The notes: generated by a model from the sequence alone, not told the origin. Shown: positions 51,923 through 61,245, counted from the stretch's first letter. The stretch is DNA of 64,000 nucleotides from an uncultured bacterium (GCA_949293245.1 CASFCS010000002.1:637-64636); one strand, 5' to 3'. Numbers and translations are program-made.

Positions 51923-52951
51923 TCAGTCGGTGGTGGTGGTAACCTCTACCAGCTGACCCATGTCGGCAAACATGGAATAGTCGGCGTCCAGAGCGGCGGC
52001 GGTGTCGGTGTTCACGGTGATGATGCCGCCCTCCATGAGGTAGTAGTCCTCCATGGCGTCCATGCCCTGGGTGATGGCCTCATAGGCCAGGTCGGCGGTG
52101 CGCTTCCCCAGGTCGGTGTAGTTCACGCCGCAGGTGGCGAAAGCGCCGTTGCGCACGAAGGAGTCGGCCCCGGTGTAGTGGGGGATACCCGCCGCATTGA
52201 AGGTCTCGAAAATGGCCAGCTCGGCGGCGGCGATCACGTTGTCGGTGGGAGTAAAGACGGCGTCCACCCCGGCCCCCACCAGGGCGGCGGCAGCGGCCAC
52301 CACCTCGTCATTGGTGTTGGCGGTCTGCTCCACATAGGCGATGTTCTTCTCCTCCAGGTACTCCTTGGCCTGGGCGATGGGGGTGGCGGAGTTGGGCTCG
52401 GACAGGGAGTAGAGCAGCCCCACGGTCTGGATGTCCGGGTCCTGGGCAAACATCATATCCAGGATGAACTCCGTATTCAGCGCGTCACTGGTGCCGGTGA
52501 CATAGTCCAGGCCGGTGAGCTTGGCGGTCTCCGGGTCGGAGATGGCGGCGTACACCACCGGGGTTTTGGTCTCCTCGGCGGACACGGCGGCCACCTGAGC
52601 GGCGGTGGTGGCGATGGGGATGATCACATCCACCTCGTCGGCAATGGCCTGGTCGGCCAGCTGGCCCAGGATGGTCTGGTCACCCTGGCCGGAGGTGGTG
52701 GTGTACTGGATGGTCACCCCGTTCTCCGCGGCGATCTCGTCCAGCCGGGCGCAGACGGCTTGGGCGATCTCGTCCAGGGAGGGGTGGTCCATCTGCTGGA
52801 TCACCGCCACGGTGTAGGTCTCCCCGCCGGAGGGGGAAACGCCGGGGGTGTCGCTGTTCCCGCTGCCCTCCTGGGCGCAGGAGGTGAGGGTCAGGGCCAG
52901 GGCGGCGGCGGCAGTGAGGGCGAAGAACTTTTTCAGAGTGTGCTTTTTCAT
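51923..52951 (-). CDS. ABC transporter substrate-binding lipoprotein (TrpX-type, ABC_sub_bind family)
   Basis: Lipobox LTLTSC. ...YTVAVIQQMDHPSLDEIAQAV...VDVIIPIATTAAQ...PVVYAAISDP...TGTSD... The family and the Trp assignment are inferred from the T-box specifier and remembered trpXYZ literature. Confidence 0.75.
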   Translation of the reverse strand: MKKHTLKKFFALTAAAALALTLTSCAQEGSGNSDTPGVSPSGGETYTVAVIQQMDHPSLDEIAQAVCARLDEIAAENGVTIQYTTTSGQGDQTILGQLADQAIADEVDVIIPIATTAAQVAAVSAEETKTPVVYAAISDPETAKLTGLDYVTGTSDALNTEFILDMMFAQDPDIQTVGLLYSLSEPNSATPIAQAKEYLEEKNIAYVEQTANTNDEVVAAAAALVGAGVDAVFTPTDNVIAAAELAIFETFNAAGIPHYTGADSFVRNGAFATCGVNYTDLGKRTADLAYEAITQGMDAMEDYYLMEGGIITVNTDTAAALDADYSMFADMGQLVEVTTTTD

Positions 52952-53020
52952 GGTGATGTCTCCATTTCATATAGATTTGGGCAGCAGATGGAGGAGAGCC
53001 GCCTGCCAAACGGCCCGCCT

Positions 53021-53317
53021 GAGAAACAAAAAGCGCTTTTGCCCCCTCTCTGGGACAAAAGCGTCTGCTTCTGCGATACCACCCAAATTGACGTTCCTTT
53101 GGAGAACGTCCGCTCGCTACACGTACCATCATACGTGCCCCGATGGATAACGGGTGGGTCCCCGTCGGCATCTACTGGGGCTCGCGCCCGTTCAAGCCGC
53201 CCTCCGGAGGCCATTCGCCGACTGCGTCGCGCCCCATTTCCACCACCAGGGGCTCTCTAAACCGCCGCGCTCTGCCGGGTACTTCTCTCCGTCACAGGTT
53301 TGTGCTTGTTTACTTGT
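53021..53317 (-). promoter_or_regulatory. T-box leader, probable Trp (UGG) specifier
   Basis: The minus strand carries GGAGAGAAGTA (GA/AGTA), AGAGAG plus the distal loop GGTGGAAA, the specifier context GAA-TGG-C, AGTAGA, the F-box CCGTTA, and the T-box AATTTGGGTGGTATCGC. The terminator is GCGCTTTTGTCCC..GGGGCAAAAGCGC plus TTTTTG. Confidence 0.85.
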
Positions 53318-53324
53318 TGGTGCT

Positions 53325-53353
53325 ATTATAGTCCGCTCTCTCCCCCCTGTCAA
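53325..53353 (-). promoter_or_regulatory. Sigma-A-type promoter of the T-box leader
   Basis: Minus strand: TTGACA (rc 53348-53353), 17-bp spacer, TATAAT (rc 53325-53330). Confidence 0.75.
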
Positions 53354-53360
53354 CCCCGGA

Positions 53361-53398
53361 AGAAAAATTTCCCCGGCGGGACCAGAGGCCCGCCGGGG
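53361..53398 (-). terminator. Intrinsic terminator after the EamA gene
   Basis: Minus strand: CCCCGGCGGG CCTCTGGT CCCGCCGGGG followed by AAATTTTTCT. Confidence 0.75.
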
Positions 53399-53407
53399 AG
53401 GGAAACT

Positions 53408-54307
53408 CTATTTCTGGGGCAGGGAGACCTTCCGCCGCAGAAAGGAGAACTTGGTCTCGGAGCACACCACGGAGATGAAGATGAGCACAAAGCCCAGGCA
53501 CATCAGCCCCCCCAGCTCCTCCGCCCCGGCCCCTACGGAGAAGAGCACCCCGAAGGGGGCCTCCAGGGCCAGGAGCACCGCAGCGGCGGCGGGCTCGGTG
53601 TACTTCTGCCCCACGTTCTGCATCAGCAGGGCCAGCGCGGTGGCAGCAATGGCCAGGTAGAGCAGCACCCCAATCACCTGGCCGCTGAGCTGCTCCGGAG
53701 CGGGAGCGCCGCCGGTAAGCCCCATGGCCACCCAGGAGAGGGCCCCCACCACGGCGAACTGGAGCACCGTGAGGATGAAGATGTCCCGCCCCTTGGCAAA
53801 GTGGGACACGGTGACGATGTGGCCCGCATAGAAAAAGCCCCCCAGCAGGGTGAAGCCGTCCCCCACCGACAGGGTGAGCCCCCCGTCCCAGGACACCAGG
53901 CCGATGCCCGCCACGCACAGCACCGCCGCCGCCACGTGGAACCGGTCGGGCCGGCGCTTGTCCGTGAGCCAGTAGAGGAAGGGGACGATGACGCAGTACA
54001 CCGCGGTGAAAAAGGCGTTCTTCCCCGGGGTGGTGCCGGTGAGCCCGTAGTTCTGGGCGGTGTATGCGCAGAAGAGGAACAGCCCCATAAGGCCGCCCCC
54101 CAGGAGATAGCTCTTGTCCATCTTCTTCCAGCTGCGGAAAAAGACCACCGCCAGCACCACCGCCGCAAAGGTAAAGCGGAAGGCCAGCATGAAAAACACC
54201 GAGATGTGGTCCAGGGTGTCCTTCAGAATGAAGAAGGTGGAGCCCCAGATGACGGTGGCCAGAAGGATCATGGGCCTGGCCAGCCCCTTGAGCACTCGCT
54301 CATTCAT
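53408..54307 (-). CDS. DMT-superfamily (EamA-type) transporter
   Basis: 299 aa with 10 TM segments in two EamA halves: ...ILLATVIWGSTFFILKDTL...GLLMGLFLFCAYTAQNYGL... Confidence 0.85.
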   Translation of the reverse strand: MNERVLKGLARPMILLATVIWGSTFFILKDTLDHISVFFMLAFRFTFAAVVLAVVFFRSWKKMDKSYLLGGGLMGLFLFCAYTAQNYGLTGTTPGKNAFFTAVYCVIVPFLYWLTDKRRPDRFHVAAAVLCVAGIGLVSWDGGLTLSVGDGFTLLGGFFYAGHIVTVSHFAKGRDIFILTVLQFAVVGALSWVAMGLTGGAPAPEQLSGQVIGVLLYLAIAATALALLMQNVGQKYTEPAAAAVLLALEAPFGVLFSVGAGAEELGGLMCLGFVLIFISVVCSETKFSFLRRKVSLPQK

Positions 54308-54364
54308 GGATTGTCAGTTCTCCTTCTCTTGTGGTATGATAGAATATCCGCAGGGGGGATGGAT

Positions 54365-54982
54365 ATGGCAAAATTGGGGCAGGAGTTCTTTGACCGGGAC
54401 ACGGTGACCGTGGCCCGGGAGCTGCTGGGGACCTATATCGTGCGCCGGTGGCAGGGGCACACCCTGGCGGTGCGCATCACCGAGACGGAGGCCTATGTGG
54501 GCCGGATGGACAAGGCCTGCCACGCCTACAATTACAAGCGCACCCCCCGCACCCAGACCCTCTTCGCCCCGCCGGGCACGGTGTATCTCTACCTCATTTA
54601 CGGGATGCACCACTGCCTGAACTTCGTCACCGAGCCGGAGGGGGAGCCCTCCGCCGTCCTCATCCGGGGGGGAGAGGTGCGGCAGGGCGGGGATATTATA
54701 GCAGACAATCGCTTTGGGTGCAAGATGGACAACCTCTCCCCCGCCCAGCGCGCCCACCTGCTGGACGGACCGGGGAAGCTGTGCCAGGCCCTGGCCCTCA
54801 CCCGGGCGGAAAACGGCATCTCCCTGGCGGGGGAGGATCTCTTCGTGTGCCAGAGCCTGGCGGATTTGGGCCTCACGCCTCCGGAGGAGGATCTGTGTCC
54901 CCCGGTAATCCACACCGGGGAGCGCATCGGCATCGCCTACGCCCAGGAGGCGGTCCATTTCCCCTGGCGCTTCTACCTGTAA
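54365..54982 (+). CDS. mpg: DNA-3-methyladenine glycosylase (Mpg/AAG family)
   Basis: MAKLGQEFFDRDTVTVARELLGTYIVRR...ITETEAYVGRMDKACHAYNYKRTPRTQTLFAPPGTVYLYLIYGMHHCLN... Alternative ATG at 54359. Confidence 0.9.
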   Translation: MAKLGQEFFDRDTVTVARELLGTYIVRRWQGHTLAVRITETEAYVGRMDKACHAYNYKRTPRTQTLFAPPGTVYLYLIYGMHHCLNFVTEPEGEPSAVLIRGGEVRQGGDIIADNRFGCKMDNLSPAQRAHLLDGPGKLCQALALTRAENGISLAGEDLFVCQSLADLGLTPPEEDLCPPVIHTGERIGIAYAQEAVHFPWRFYL

Positions 54983-55003
54983 ATACCCTGTTAGGAGGCT
55001 GCT

Positions 55004-55645
55004 ATGCTGCTTTTTGATCTGGACGGCACCCTTCTGGACTCCAACGGCATCTGGGTCCAGGTGGATCTGGACTTTCTGGCCCGGCGGGGGCGGGTCCCCA
55101 CCCAGGAGTACACCGACTTCGTCTCCCACGCCATCTTCCCCACCGCCGCCGCTTTCACCAGGGAATACTACGGCCTTGCGGACAGCGAGGAGGCCATCAT
55201 GGCCGAGTGGATGGACCTGGCCCGGGAGGCCTACGCCCACCGGGCCCCTTTGAAGGAGGGGGTGCTGCCCTACCTCCAGCGGCAGGCCGCCGCTGGGGAG
55301 GAGATGGCCCTGTTCACCGCCAGCGTGCCCCAGTTCTGCCGCCTGGCCCTGGAGCGCCACGGCATCGCGGGATACTTCTCCCACCTTCTCTTCGCCCAGG
55401 AGATGGGGGTGGAGAAGCGCAGGCCGGAGGCCTTCCGCCTGGCCCTCACGGCCCTGGGACGGGAGGCGGCGGAATGCACCTTTTTTGACGACGCCCCCCG
55501 CAACTGTGCCGCTGCCCGCCAGGCCGGGCTCACGGTGGTGGGGGTGTACGACCCCTTCTATGACCACGCCCAGGAGGAAGTGCGCGCCGCCAGCCACCGG
55601 TATATCCGCTCCTTCGCCCAGCTGGCGGAGGCGGCTCCCCATTGA
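55004..55645 (+). CDS. HAD-superfamily hydrolase
   Basis: MLLFDLDGTLLDSNG is motif I, ...LFTASVP... is motif II, and ...FFDDAPRNCAAARQAGLTVVGV... is motif IV. Confidence 0.8.
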   Translation: MLLFDLDGTLLDSNGIWVQVDLDFLARRGRVPTQEYTDFVSHAIFPTAAAFTREYYGLADSEEAIMAEWMDLAREAYAHRAPLKEGVLPYLQRQAAAGEEMALFTASVPQFCRLALERHGIAGYFSHLLFAQEMGVEKRRPEAFRLALTALGREAAECTFFDDAPRNCAAARQAGLTVVGVYDPFYDHAQEEVRAASHRYIRSFAQLAEAAPH

Positions 55646-55729
55646 ATCAAGAACCCGGCAGGCGTGCCGCTGCACCCTCCCGGCCGGAGCCACCCATCCC
55701 TCAGACCACATGATTGAGGAGGATGCCCC

Positions 55730-56338
55730 ATGTATCAGGCAATCGTGGACTACCTCACCGATGCCTACCATCCCCATACCATTTTGCTCTATGGCTCCTA
55801 TTCCAGAGGTACCCAGACTCAGCGCAGTGATTTTGACGTGCTGCTGGTAACCGACAGGGGAAAGAGCACCCATGACGACACCGTAATAGGGACTGTCACG
55901 CTGGATGCATTCATCTATACTACACAGGACTTTCTCACCAAGCAGGACCCGGAGGAGTTTTTGCAGGTCCTGGGTGGGCAGATTCTTCTGGACCAGCAGG
56001 GCTTGGCCCGGGACCTGCTGGCGCGGCTGGAGCGCTATGCGGCAGAGCACGCCGCTGTCCCGGAGGCGGAAAAGACCCGTCTGCGGAACTGGTGCGTCAA
56101 AATGATGGATCGGGCCGGAGCAGGAGACCCGGAAGGAATGCTGCGCTGGCACTGGCTGCTCTATGACAGCCTGGAGATCTACTGCAATTTGCGGGACCAG
56201 TTTTATTTTGGCCCCAGAAAAACGATGGAGGCCATGCGTACATCCGACCCAGACAGCTACCAGGCCCTGGAACAGGCTCTGTATCAGCTGGACCATCGGG
56301 CCCTTTCCCGCTGGATAGAGCGGGTCCTGGCCGTGTAA
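55730..56338 (+). CDS. Pol-beta-superfamily nucleotidyltransferase with a helical C-terminal domain (KNTase-like architecture)
   Basis: ...ILLYGSYSRGTQTQRSDFDVLLV has the GS..RG...D.D NTase motif. About 130 aa of helical domain follows. SD GAGGAGG. GC is visibly lower than in the neighbours. Confidence 0.7.
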   Translation: MYQAIVDYLTDAYHPHTILLYGSYSRGTQTQRSDFDVLLVTDRGKSTHDDTVIGTVTLDAFIYTTQDFLTKQDPEEFLQVLGGQILLDQQGLARDLLARLERYAAEHAAVPEAEKTRLRNWCVKMMDRAGAGDPEGMLRWHWLLYDSLEIYCNLRDQFYFGPRKTMEAMRTSDPDSYQALEQALYQLDHRALSRWIERVLAV

Positions 56339-56379
56339 GGATGGAGCGCCGGTTTTCTGAACGCAAGCATACCAAAAAA

Positions 56380-56425
56380 TCCACCGGGAGGAGGTTCCCC
56401 TCCCCCCGGTGGATTTATATTTTCT
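56380..56425. terminator. Bidirectional intrinsic terminator (NTase / pcrA)
   Basis: AAAAAATCCACCGGG...CCCGGTGGATTTATATTTT. Confidence 0.8.
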
Positions 56426-56449
56426 TCCGGGAACAGCTTTGGCTCCCCT

Positions 56450-58957
56450 TCACTCCGTTCTCTTGGCCATGTGCTGGGAGGCGGACTTGAGCATGAGGCG
56501 CTTGGTGCCCACGTTGTCGAAGGCGATCTCCACCAGGGCGTCGCCCCCCATCTTCTGCACGGAGAGGACCATCCCCTCCCCGAAGGCCTTGTGGCGCACC
56601 ATATCCCCCTTGGCCAGCTCCAGCAGCTTGGGGACGGGCCGGGCGGGAGCCGCCGGGGAGACCGGGCGGGCAGGTCTGGAGGGGGAAGCGCTCCGGCCGC
56701 CCTCCCGGAACTGCCCTGCTGTCCGGGCCCCGCCGTAGCCGCCGGAGAAAGAGCCTCCCCCGTAGGAAGAAGCGCCGTAGCTCCCGCCGGGGCGCCGGGG
56801 GGCGCCGTAGGTCCACTCCTCCCCGGCGGAGGGGGAGAGAAAATCCCGGCCGCTCTTTTCCACATACTCCGGCGGGATCTCATCGGTAAACCGGGAGGGC
56901 CGGTTGGATGACGTGCGGCCGAAGAGCATCCGCTGGGCGGCGCAGGTCATGTACAGCCTCTCCTTGGCCCGGGTCATGGCCACGTAGCACAGCCGCCGCT
57001 CCTCCTCCATCTCCTCGCTCTCGCCGATGGCCCGGATGCCGGGGAAGATGCCCTCCTCTACCCCCACCACAAAAACCACGGGGAACTCCAGTCCCTTGGC
57101 CGAGTGCATGGTCATGAGGACCACCGCGTCCTCCCCGGCGTCGTGGTTGTCCAGGTCGGTGTACAGGGCGATCTCGTCCAGGAAGCCCGCCAGGGAGGGC
57201 TCTCCCTCGGCGTTTTCCAGGTAGCCGTTGATGGAGGTGGCCAGCTCCTTCACGTTCTCCAGCCGGGTGCGGTTTTCAATGTCCTTTTTGGCGGTGAGCA
57301 TGTCGGCGTAGCCGGTGCGCTCCACCACCTTCTCGTAGAATTCCGGCAGGGGCAGCTCTCCGGCCAGGCGGCGCAGCTCCCCGATCAGGGCGGTAAACTG
57401 CCCCAGCTTGCCCGCCGCCTTCTGCAGCTGGCTCCACTCCCCCGCCCGGGTGATCACCTGCCACAGGGAGAGACTCTCCCCGGCGGCCAGCTCCTGGGCG
57501 GTCTCCACCGTTTTGGCCCCGATGCCCCGGGGGGGATTGTTGATGATGCGCTGGAGGCGCAGGTCGTCGTGGGGGTTGTGGATGACGCACAGGTAGGCCA
57601 GCATGTCCTTCACCTCCGCCCGGTCGAAGAACCGGGTGCCCCCGATGATGCGGTAGGGCACGCCGTTGCGCTTGAGGGCGGTCTCCAGCTGGTTGGACTG
57701 GGCGTTCATCCGGTAGAGTACGGCGTGGTCGTTCCACTTCCGGCCCTGGCGGTAGTCCTCCAGGATCTGGCCGGCCACGTACTGGGCCTCGTCGTTCTCG
57801 TTCATGGCGGTGTACAGCTTCACCTTGTCCCCCGCCCCGTGGTCGGTCCACAGCTCCTTGCCCTTGCGGCCCTGGTTGTTGCGGATCACCGCGTTGGAGG
57901 CCTCCAGGATGTTCTTGGTGGAGCGGTAGTTCTGCTCCAGCCGGATCACCCGGGCCCCCTTGTACTGCTCCTCAAAGGAGAGGATGTTCTCGATGGTGGC
58001 CCCCCGGAAGCGGTAGATGGACTGGTCATCGTCCCCCACCACGCAGATGTTTTCCCACTTCCCCGCCAGCAGGGCCGCCAGACGGTACTGGAGATTGTTG
58101 GTGTCCTGGTACTCGTCGATGAGCACATAGCGGAACTTGTTCTGGTAGTACTCCCGCACCTCCTGGTGGTCCTGGAGGAGGCGCACGGTGTGGAGAATGA
58201 TGTCGTCAAAGTCCAGGGCCCCGGCGTCCCACAGCTTCTTCTCGTAGGCGCAGTAGATCTGGGCGATTTTCATCAGGCGGTAGTCCCCCGCCTTCTCGCA
58301 CTGGCGGGCGTACTCCCCGGACAGGAGCATCTGGTCCTTGGCCCGGGAGATGTAGCCCAGCACCGACCGGGGGGCGAAGGCCTTCTCATCCAGGTTCAGG
58401 TCCTTCACCGCGTCTTTAATGACCCGGAGGGAGTCGTCTGTGTCGTAGATGGTGAAGGAGGAGGGGAAGCCCAGCTTTTCAATGTCCCGCCGGAGGATGC
58501 GCACGCAGGCGGAGTGGAAGGTGGAGGCCCAGATATCCCGGGCGGAGGGGCCCAGCATCCGCTCCAGCCGCTCCTTGAGCTCCCCGGCGGCCTTGTTGGT
58601 GAAGGTGATGGCAATGATGGACCAGGGGGCCGCCGGCTCCAGGCGGCACAGCCGCTCCTGCCGCTCCTTCTCCTCCGGGCCGGCATTCCCCCGGTAGGAC
58701 AGGAGGAAGTCCAGATCCTCCCGACTGGCCCACTGGGGGACCTGGTCGCTGTCCGACCCCCGGCCGTACTTCATCAGGTTGGCCACCCGGTGGATGAGCA
58801 CCGTGGTCTTGCCGCTGCCCGCCCCCGCCAGCAGCAGCAGGGGGCCCTCCGTGGCCAGCACCGCCTTGCGCTGCTCGGGATTCAGATTCGGATAGTCCAG
58901 GGCGATGGCCGCCCGCCGGGCCCGGCAAAATTCCAGCTGTTCCTGTTCGGTCAGCAT
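56450..58957 (-). CDS. pcrA: ATP-dependent DNA helicase PcrA (UvrD family)
   Basis: From ATG 58957 (SD GGGGAGAGAG): MLTEQEQLEF...LNPEQRKAVLATEGPLLLLAGAGSGKTTVLIHRVA... It has a G/S/Y-rich linker and a C-terminal Tudor-like ...GDMVRHKAFGEGMVLSVQKMGGDALVEIAF. The track ORF extension to 59449 overlaps the next gene. Confidence 0.95.
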   Translation of the reverse strand: MLTEQEQLEFCRARRAAIALDYPNLNPEQRKAVLATEGPLLLLAGAGSGKTTVLIHRVANLMKYGRGSDSDQVPQWASREDLDFLLSYRGNAGPEEKERQERLCRLEPAAPWSIIAITFTNKAAGELKERLERMLGPSARDIWASTFHSACVRILRRDIEKLGFPSSFTIYDTDDSLRVIKDAVKDLNLDEKAFAPRSVLGYISRAKDQMLLSGEYARQCEKAGDYRLMKIAQIYCAYEKKLWDAGALDFDDIILHTVRLLQDHQEVREYYQNKFRYVLIDEYQDTNNLQYRLAALLAGKWENICVVGDDDQSIYRFRGATIENILSFEEQYKGARVIRLEQNYRSTKNILEASNAVIRNNQGRKGKELWTDHGAGDKVKLYTAMNENDEAQYVAGQILEDYRQGRKWNDHAVLYRMNAQSNQLETALKRNGVPYRIIGGTRFFDRAEVKDMLAYLCVIHNPHDDLRLQRIINNPPRGIGAKTVETAQELAAGESLSLWQVITRAGEWSQLQKAAGKLGQFTALIGELRRLAGELPLPEFYEKVVERTGYADMLTAKKDIENRTRLENVKELATSINGYLENAEGEPSLAGFLDEIALYTDLDNHDAGEDAVVLMTMHSAKGLEFPVVFVVGVEEGIFPGIRAIGESEEMEEERRLCYVAMTRAKERLYMTCAAQRMLFGRTSSNRPSRFTDEIPPEYVEKSGRDFLSPSAGEEWTYGAPRRPGGSYGASSYGGGSFSGGYGGARTAGQFREGGRSASPSRPARPVSPAAPARPVPKLLELAKGDMVRHKAFGEGMVLSVQKMGGDALVEIAFDNVGTKRLMLKSASQHMAKRTE

Positions 58958-59159
58958 AGGCTCTCTCCCCTCATAATGGAGGAGCCGCCCACAGAGTGGA
59001 CGGCTCCCGGAGTTCTGTTGCTCTATTGTACCCAAAAATCCCCCCGGGGTCAACTGGCATTCCGCCGACTTTTCCCCCGGGCGGTGACAGGGTCTCCCCG
59101 GTGTGATATGATGGGGGAAATCCATCCGGGCGGAGGTCCGCCCAAAGGAGGCATAACAT

Positions 59160-60203
59160 ATGAAACAGATTCTGGCCCGGGACATGGGCATCACCGTGGG
59201 GGAGTTCCCCACGGGGCCGCGCAACGCCATTACAGATGTGGATGGAGTGGCGGTGGGCCATGTGACCCTGGATACCCCGGAGTTCAAGACCGGGGTCACC
59301 GCCCTGCTGCCCTGCGGGGAGAACCCCTTTTTCCACAAGCTGCCCGCCGCGTCCTTCGTGCTCAACGGCTTCGGAAAGACCCAGGGCCTGGTCCAGGTGG
59401 ACGAGCTGGGCACCCTGGAGACCCCCATCGCCCTCACCGGCACCCTCAACGTGGGGATGGTCCACCACGGCCTGGTGAGCTATATGGTGGAGCGCTGCGC
59501 CCGGGAGGGCTTTGACCTGCGGTCAGTCAACCCGGTGGTGTGCGAGTGCAACGACGGCACCCTCTCCCACATCGCCGCCCGGCCGGTGACGGAGGCCCAT
59601 GTGCTCCAGGCCATCGCCCAGGCGGGGGCGGACTTCGCCCAGGGGGACGTGGGGGCGGGCAAGGGCATGATCTGCCACGGCCTGAAGGGGGGCATCGGCT
59701 CGGCCAGCCGCCTGATGGAGCTGGGGGGCGGCGCCTACACCCTGGGGGTCCTGGCCCTCACCAACCACGGCCGCACCGCTGATCTCACCATTCAGGGCCG
59801 TCTGGTGGGTCCCGCCCTGCTGGAGCGCATGGCGGAGGAGTCGGGGCCCGACCTGGGCTCCTGCATTCTGATCCTGGCCACGGACCTCCCCCTGGACGCC
59901 CGGCAGCTGGGCCGGGTAATCCGGCGGCTGTCCGTGGGGCTGGCCCGGCTGGGGTCCTTCATCGGCCAGGGCAGCGGAGAGGTGTTTCTGGGCTTCTCCA
60001 CCGCCAACCCCTTCGACCCCCGGGACAAATCCCCCCTGCGCTCGGGCATCCTGTTCTCCGACGACGCCCTGGACCTCCCCTTCCGGGCCGCAGCGGAATG
60101 CGCCGAGGAGGCGGTGCTCAACTCCATGTTCGCCGCCCATACCGTCACCGGCTGGCAGGGAAAGACGGTGCGCAGCCTCTCGGCGCTGTGGCCGGTCCTT
60201 TAA
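59160..60203 (+). CDS. P1/S58-family (DmpA-type) aminopeptidase
   Basis: ...GPRNAITDVDGVAVGHVTL...TGVTALLP...GDVGAGKGMICHGLKGGIGSASR... SD AAAGGAGG. Confidence 0.85.
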   Translation: MKQILARDMGITVGEFPTGPRNAITDVDGVAVGHVTLDTPEFKTGVTALLPCGENPFFHKLPAASFVLNGFGKTQGLVQVDELGTLETPIALTGTLNVGMVHHGLVSYMVERCAREGFDLRSVNPVVCECNDGTLSHIAARPVTEAHVLQAIAQAGADFAQGDVGAGKGMICHGLKGGIGSASRLMELGGGAYTLGVLALTNHGRTADLTIQGRLVGPALLERMAEESGPDLGSCILILATDLPLDARQLGRVIRRLSVGLARLGSFIGQGSGEVFLGFSTANPFDPRDKSPLRSGILFSDDALDLPFRAAAECAEEAVLNSMFAAHTVTGWQGKTVRSLSALWPVL

Positions 60204-60314
60204 CCCGGACTGGAAAAAATTATTTTCAAAATCCCTCTTTCCCGTAAAACCATCCCTCCCTCTGGATACACTAACATATGACCGCGCAGCAGGGCATCCC
60301 GCTCCGGTCATCCT

Positions 60315-61130
60315 ATGTTCCGCAGAGAGGGGGAAAATGGCGTGCAGCTTTTGAAAAACATGGACGACACCGCGGCACTGCAGCTGCTGCGCCAGGAGCA
60401 GGAGGGCTTCCCCCTGTTCTACCACCAGGTCTTTCCCATTCTCTACTATATTTCCTCCGCCATACTGCCCGCCGGTTCCCCGGTCAAAGCGTCGGTACTG
60501 GAGAGCATCCTGGAGGCCATGTCCGAGGCCAGGGAGATCTCCAGCGACACGCCTTTGCGGGGTTGGCTGTGCGCCATTACCGCCCAAAAGGCGCTCAAGC
60601 GCGCCCCTCTGTCTCAGATGGGGGCCGACATGTTTTCCGATCCCAGTGAGCCCCTTACCAATCCCGACAATCTGGAGTCTCTCAGCGATCTGATCAATCA
60701 GCTCAGCCGCAGCGCCCAGGTGCTGCTGATGCTGTACATCTACGGGGAGTGTACCGTCCCCCAGCTCTCTGAGCTCACAGGTTGGCCCGAGCCCCTGGTG
60801 ACCTCCATTCTGGAGCGCTCCCTGCGGCATCTGCGCCGGTGCATCACTGTCACCGACGGCAGCAATCCCATCAGCCGGCAGATCCTTTTCATGGTCTTTC
60901 TCTACCGTGAAAATCAGTCCGCTCCCGGCGAAAACATTGCGGCCCAGGAGCTTACCCGTACCCTGCGCACTCTGGAGCGGCGGAGCAGCGGCTCCAGAGG
61001 CGGCAGCTCCTTCCGGGGCATCAATGCCGGCGGCTTTTTCCACGCCTTTCTTTTTTCCGGTCTTTCCCTTCCAGAGGAGCTCTTTTCCCCCCTGACCCCC
61101 TCCTGGCGCAAGTCCTGTCCATGGATGTAA
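60315..61130 (+). CDS. Sigma-70/ECF-like protein with a ~100-aa C-terminal extension (weak call)
   Basis: ...GWLCAITAQKALKR is region-2-like. ...LSRSAQVLLMLYIYGECTVPQLSELTGWPEPLVTSILERSLRHLRR is a region-4 HTH. There is no SD at ATG 60315. GTG at 60342 follows AGAGAGGGGGA. Confidence 0.45.
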   Translation: MFRREGENGVQLLKNMDDTAALQLLRQEQEGFPLFYHQVFPILYYISSAILPAGSPVKASVLESILEAMSEAREISSDTPLRGWLCAITAQKALKRAPLSQMGADMFSDPSEPLTNPDNLESLSDLINQLSRSAQVLLMLYIYGECTVPQLSELTGWPEPLVTSILERSLRHLRRCITVTDGSNPISRQILFMVFLYRENQSAPGENIAAQELTRTLRTLERRSSGSRGGSSFRGINAGGFFHAFLFSGLSLPEELFSPLTPSWRKSCPWM

Positions 61131-61245
61131 CCCATTCCCCCCTTTTGCTGCCCCCCGGCGTCTCAAGACGCCGGGGGGCAGTTCCTTCCGTCAGGGCGGC
61201 AGAAGGCCCCGGCGCGCTGGTCTGATCCAGAGTGCCGGGGCCTTT

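Noticed and set aside
53300-56296. The N-terminal 355 codons of the 560-aa plus ORF (53300-54364) and the 660-aa minus ORF 54314-56296
   Set aside because: The first is antisense to the EamA transporter gene, and only its last 205 codons (mpg) look real. The second is antisense to mpg, the HAD hydrolase and the nucleotidyltransferase.
57104-59515. 803-aa plus-strand ORF, and the 492-nt N-terminal extension of the pcrA ORF (58958-59449)
   Set aside because: The plus ORF is a shadow of pcrA. The pcrA extension overlaps the well-supported DmpA-type gene on the other strand and has no helicase homology. The conserved start MLTEQEQ has its own SD.
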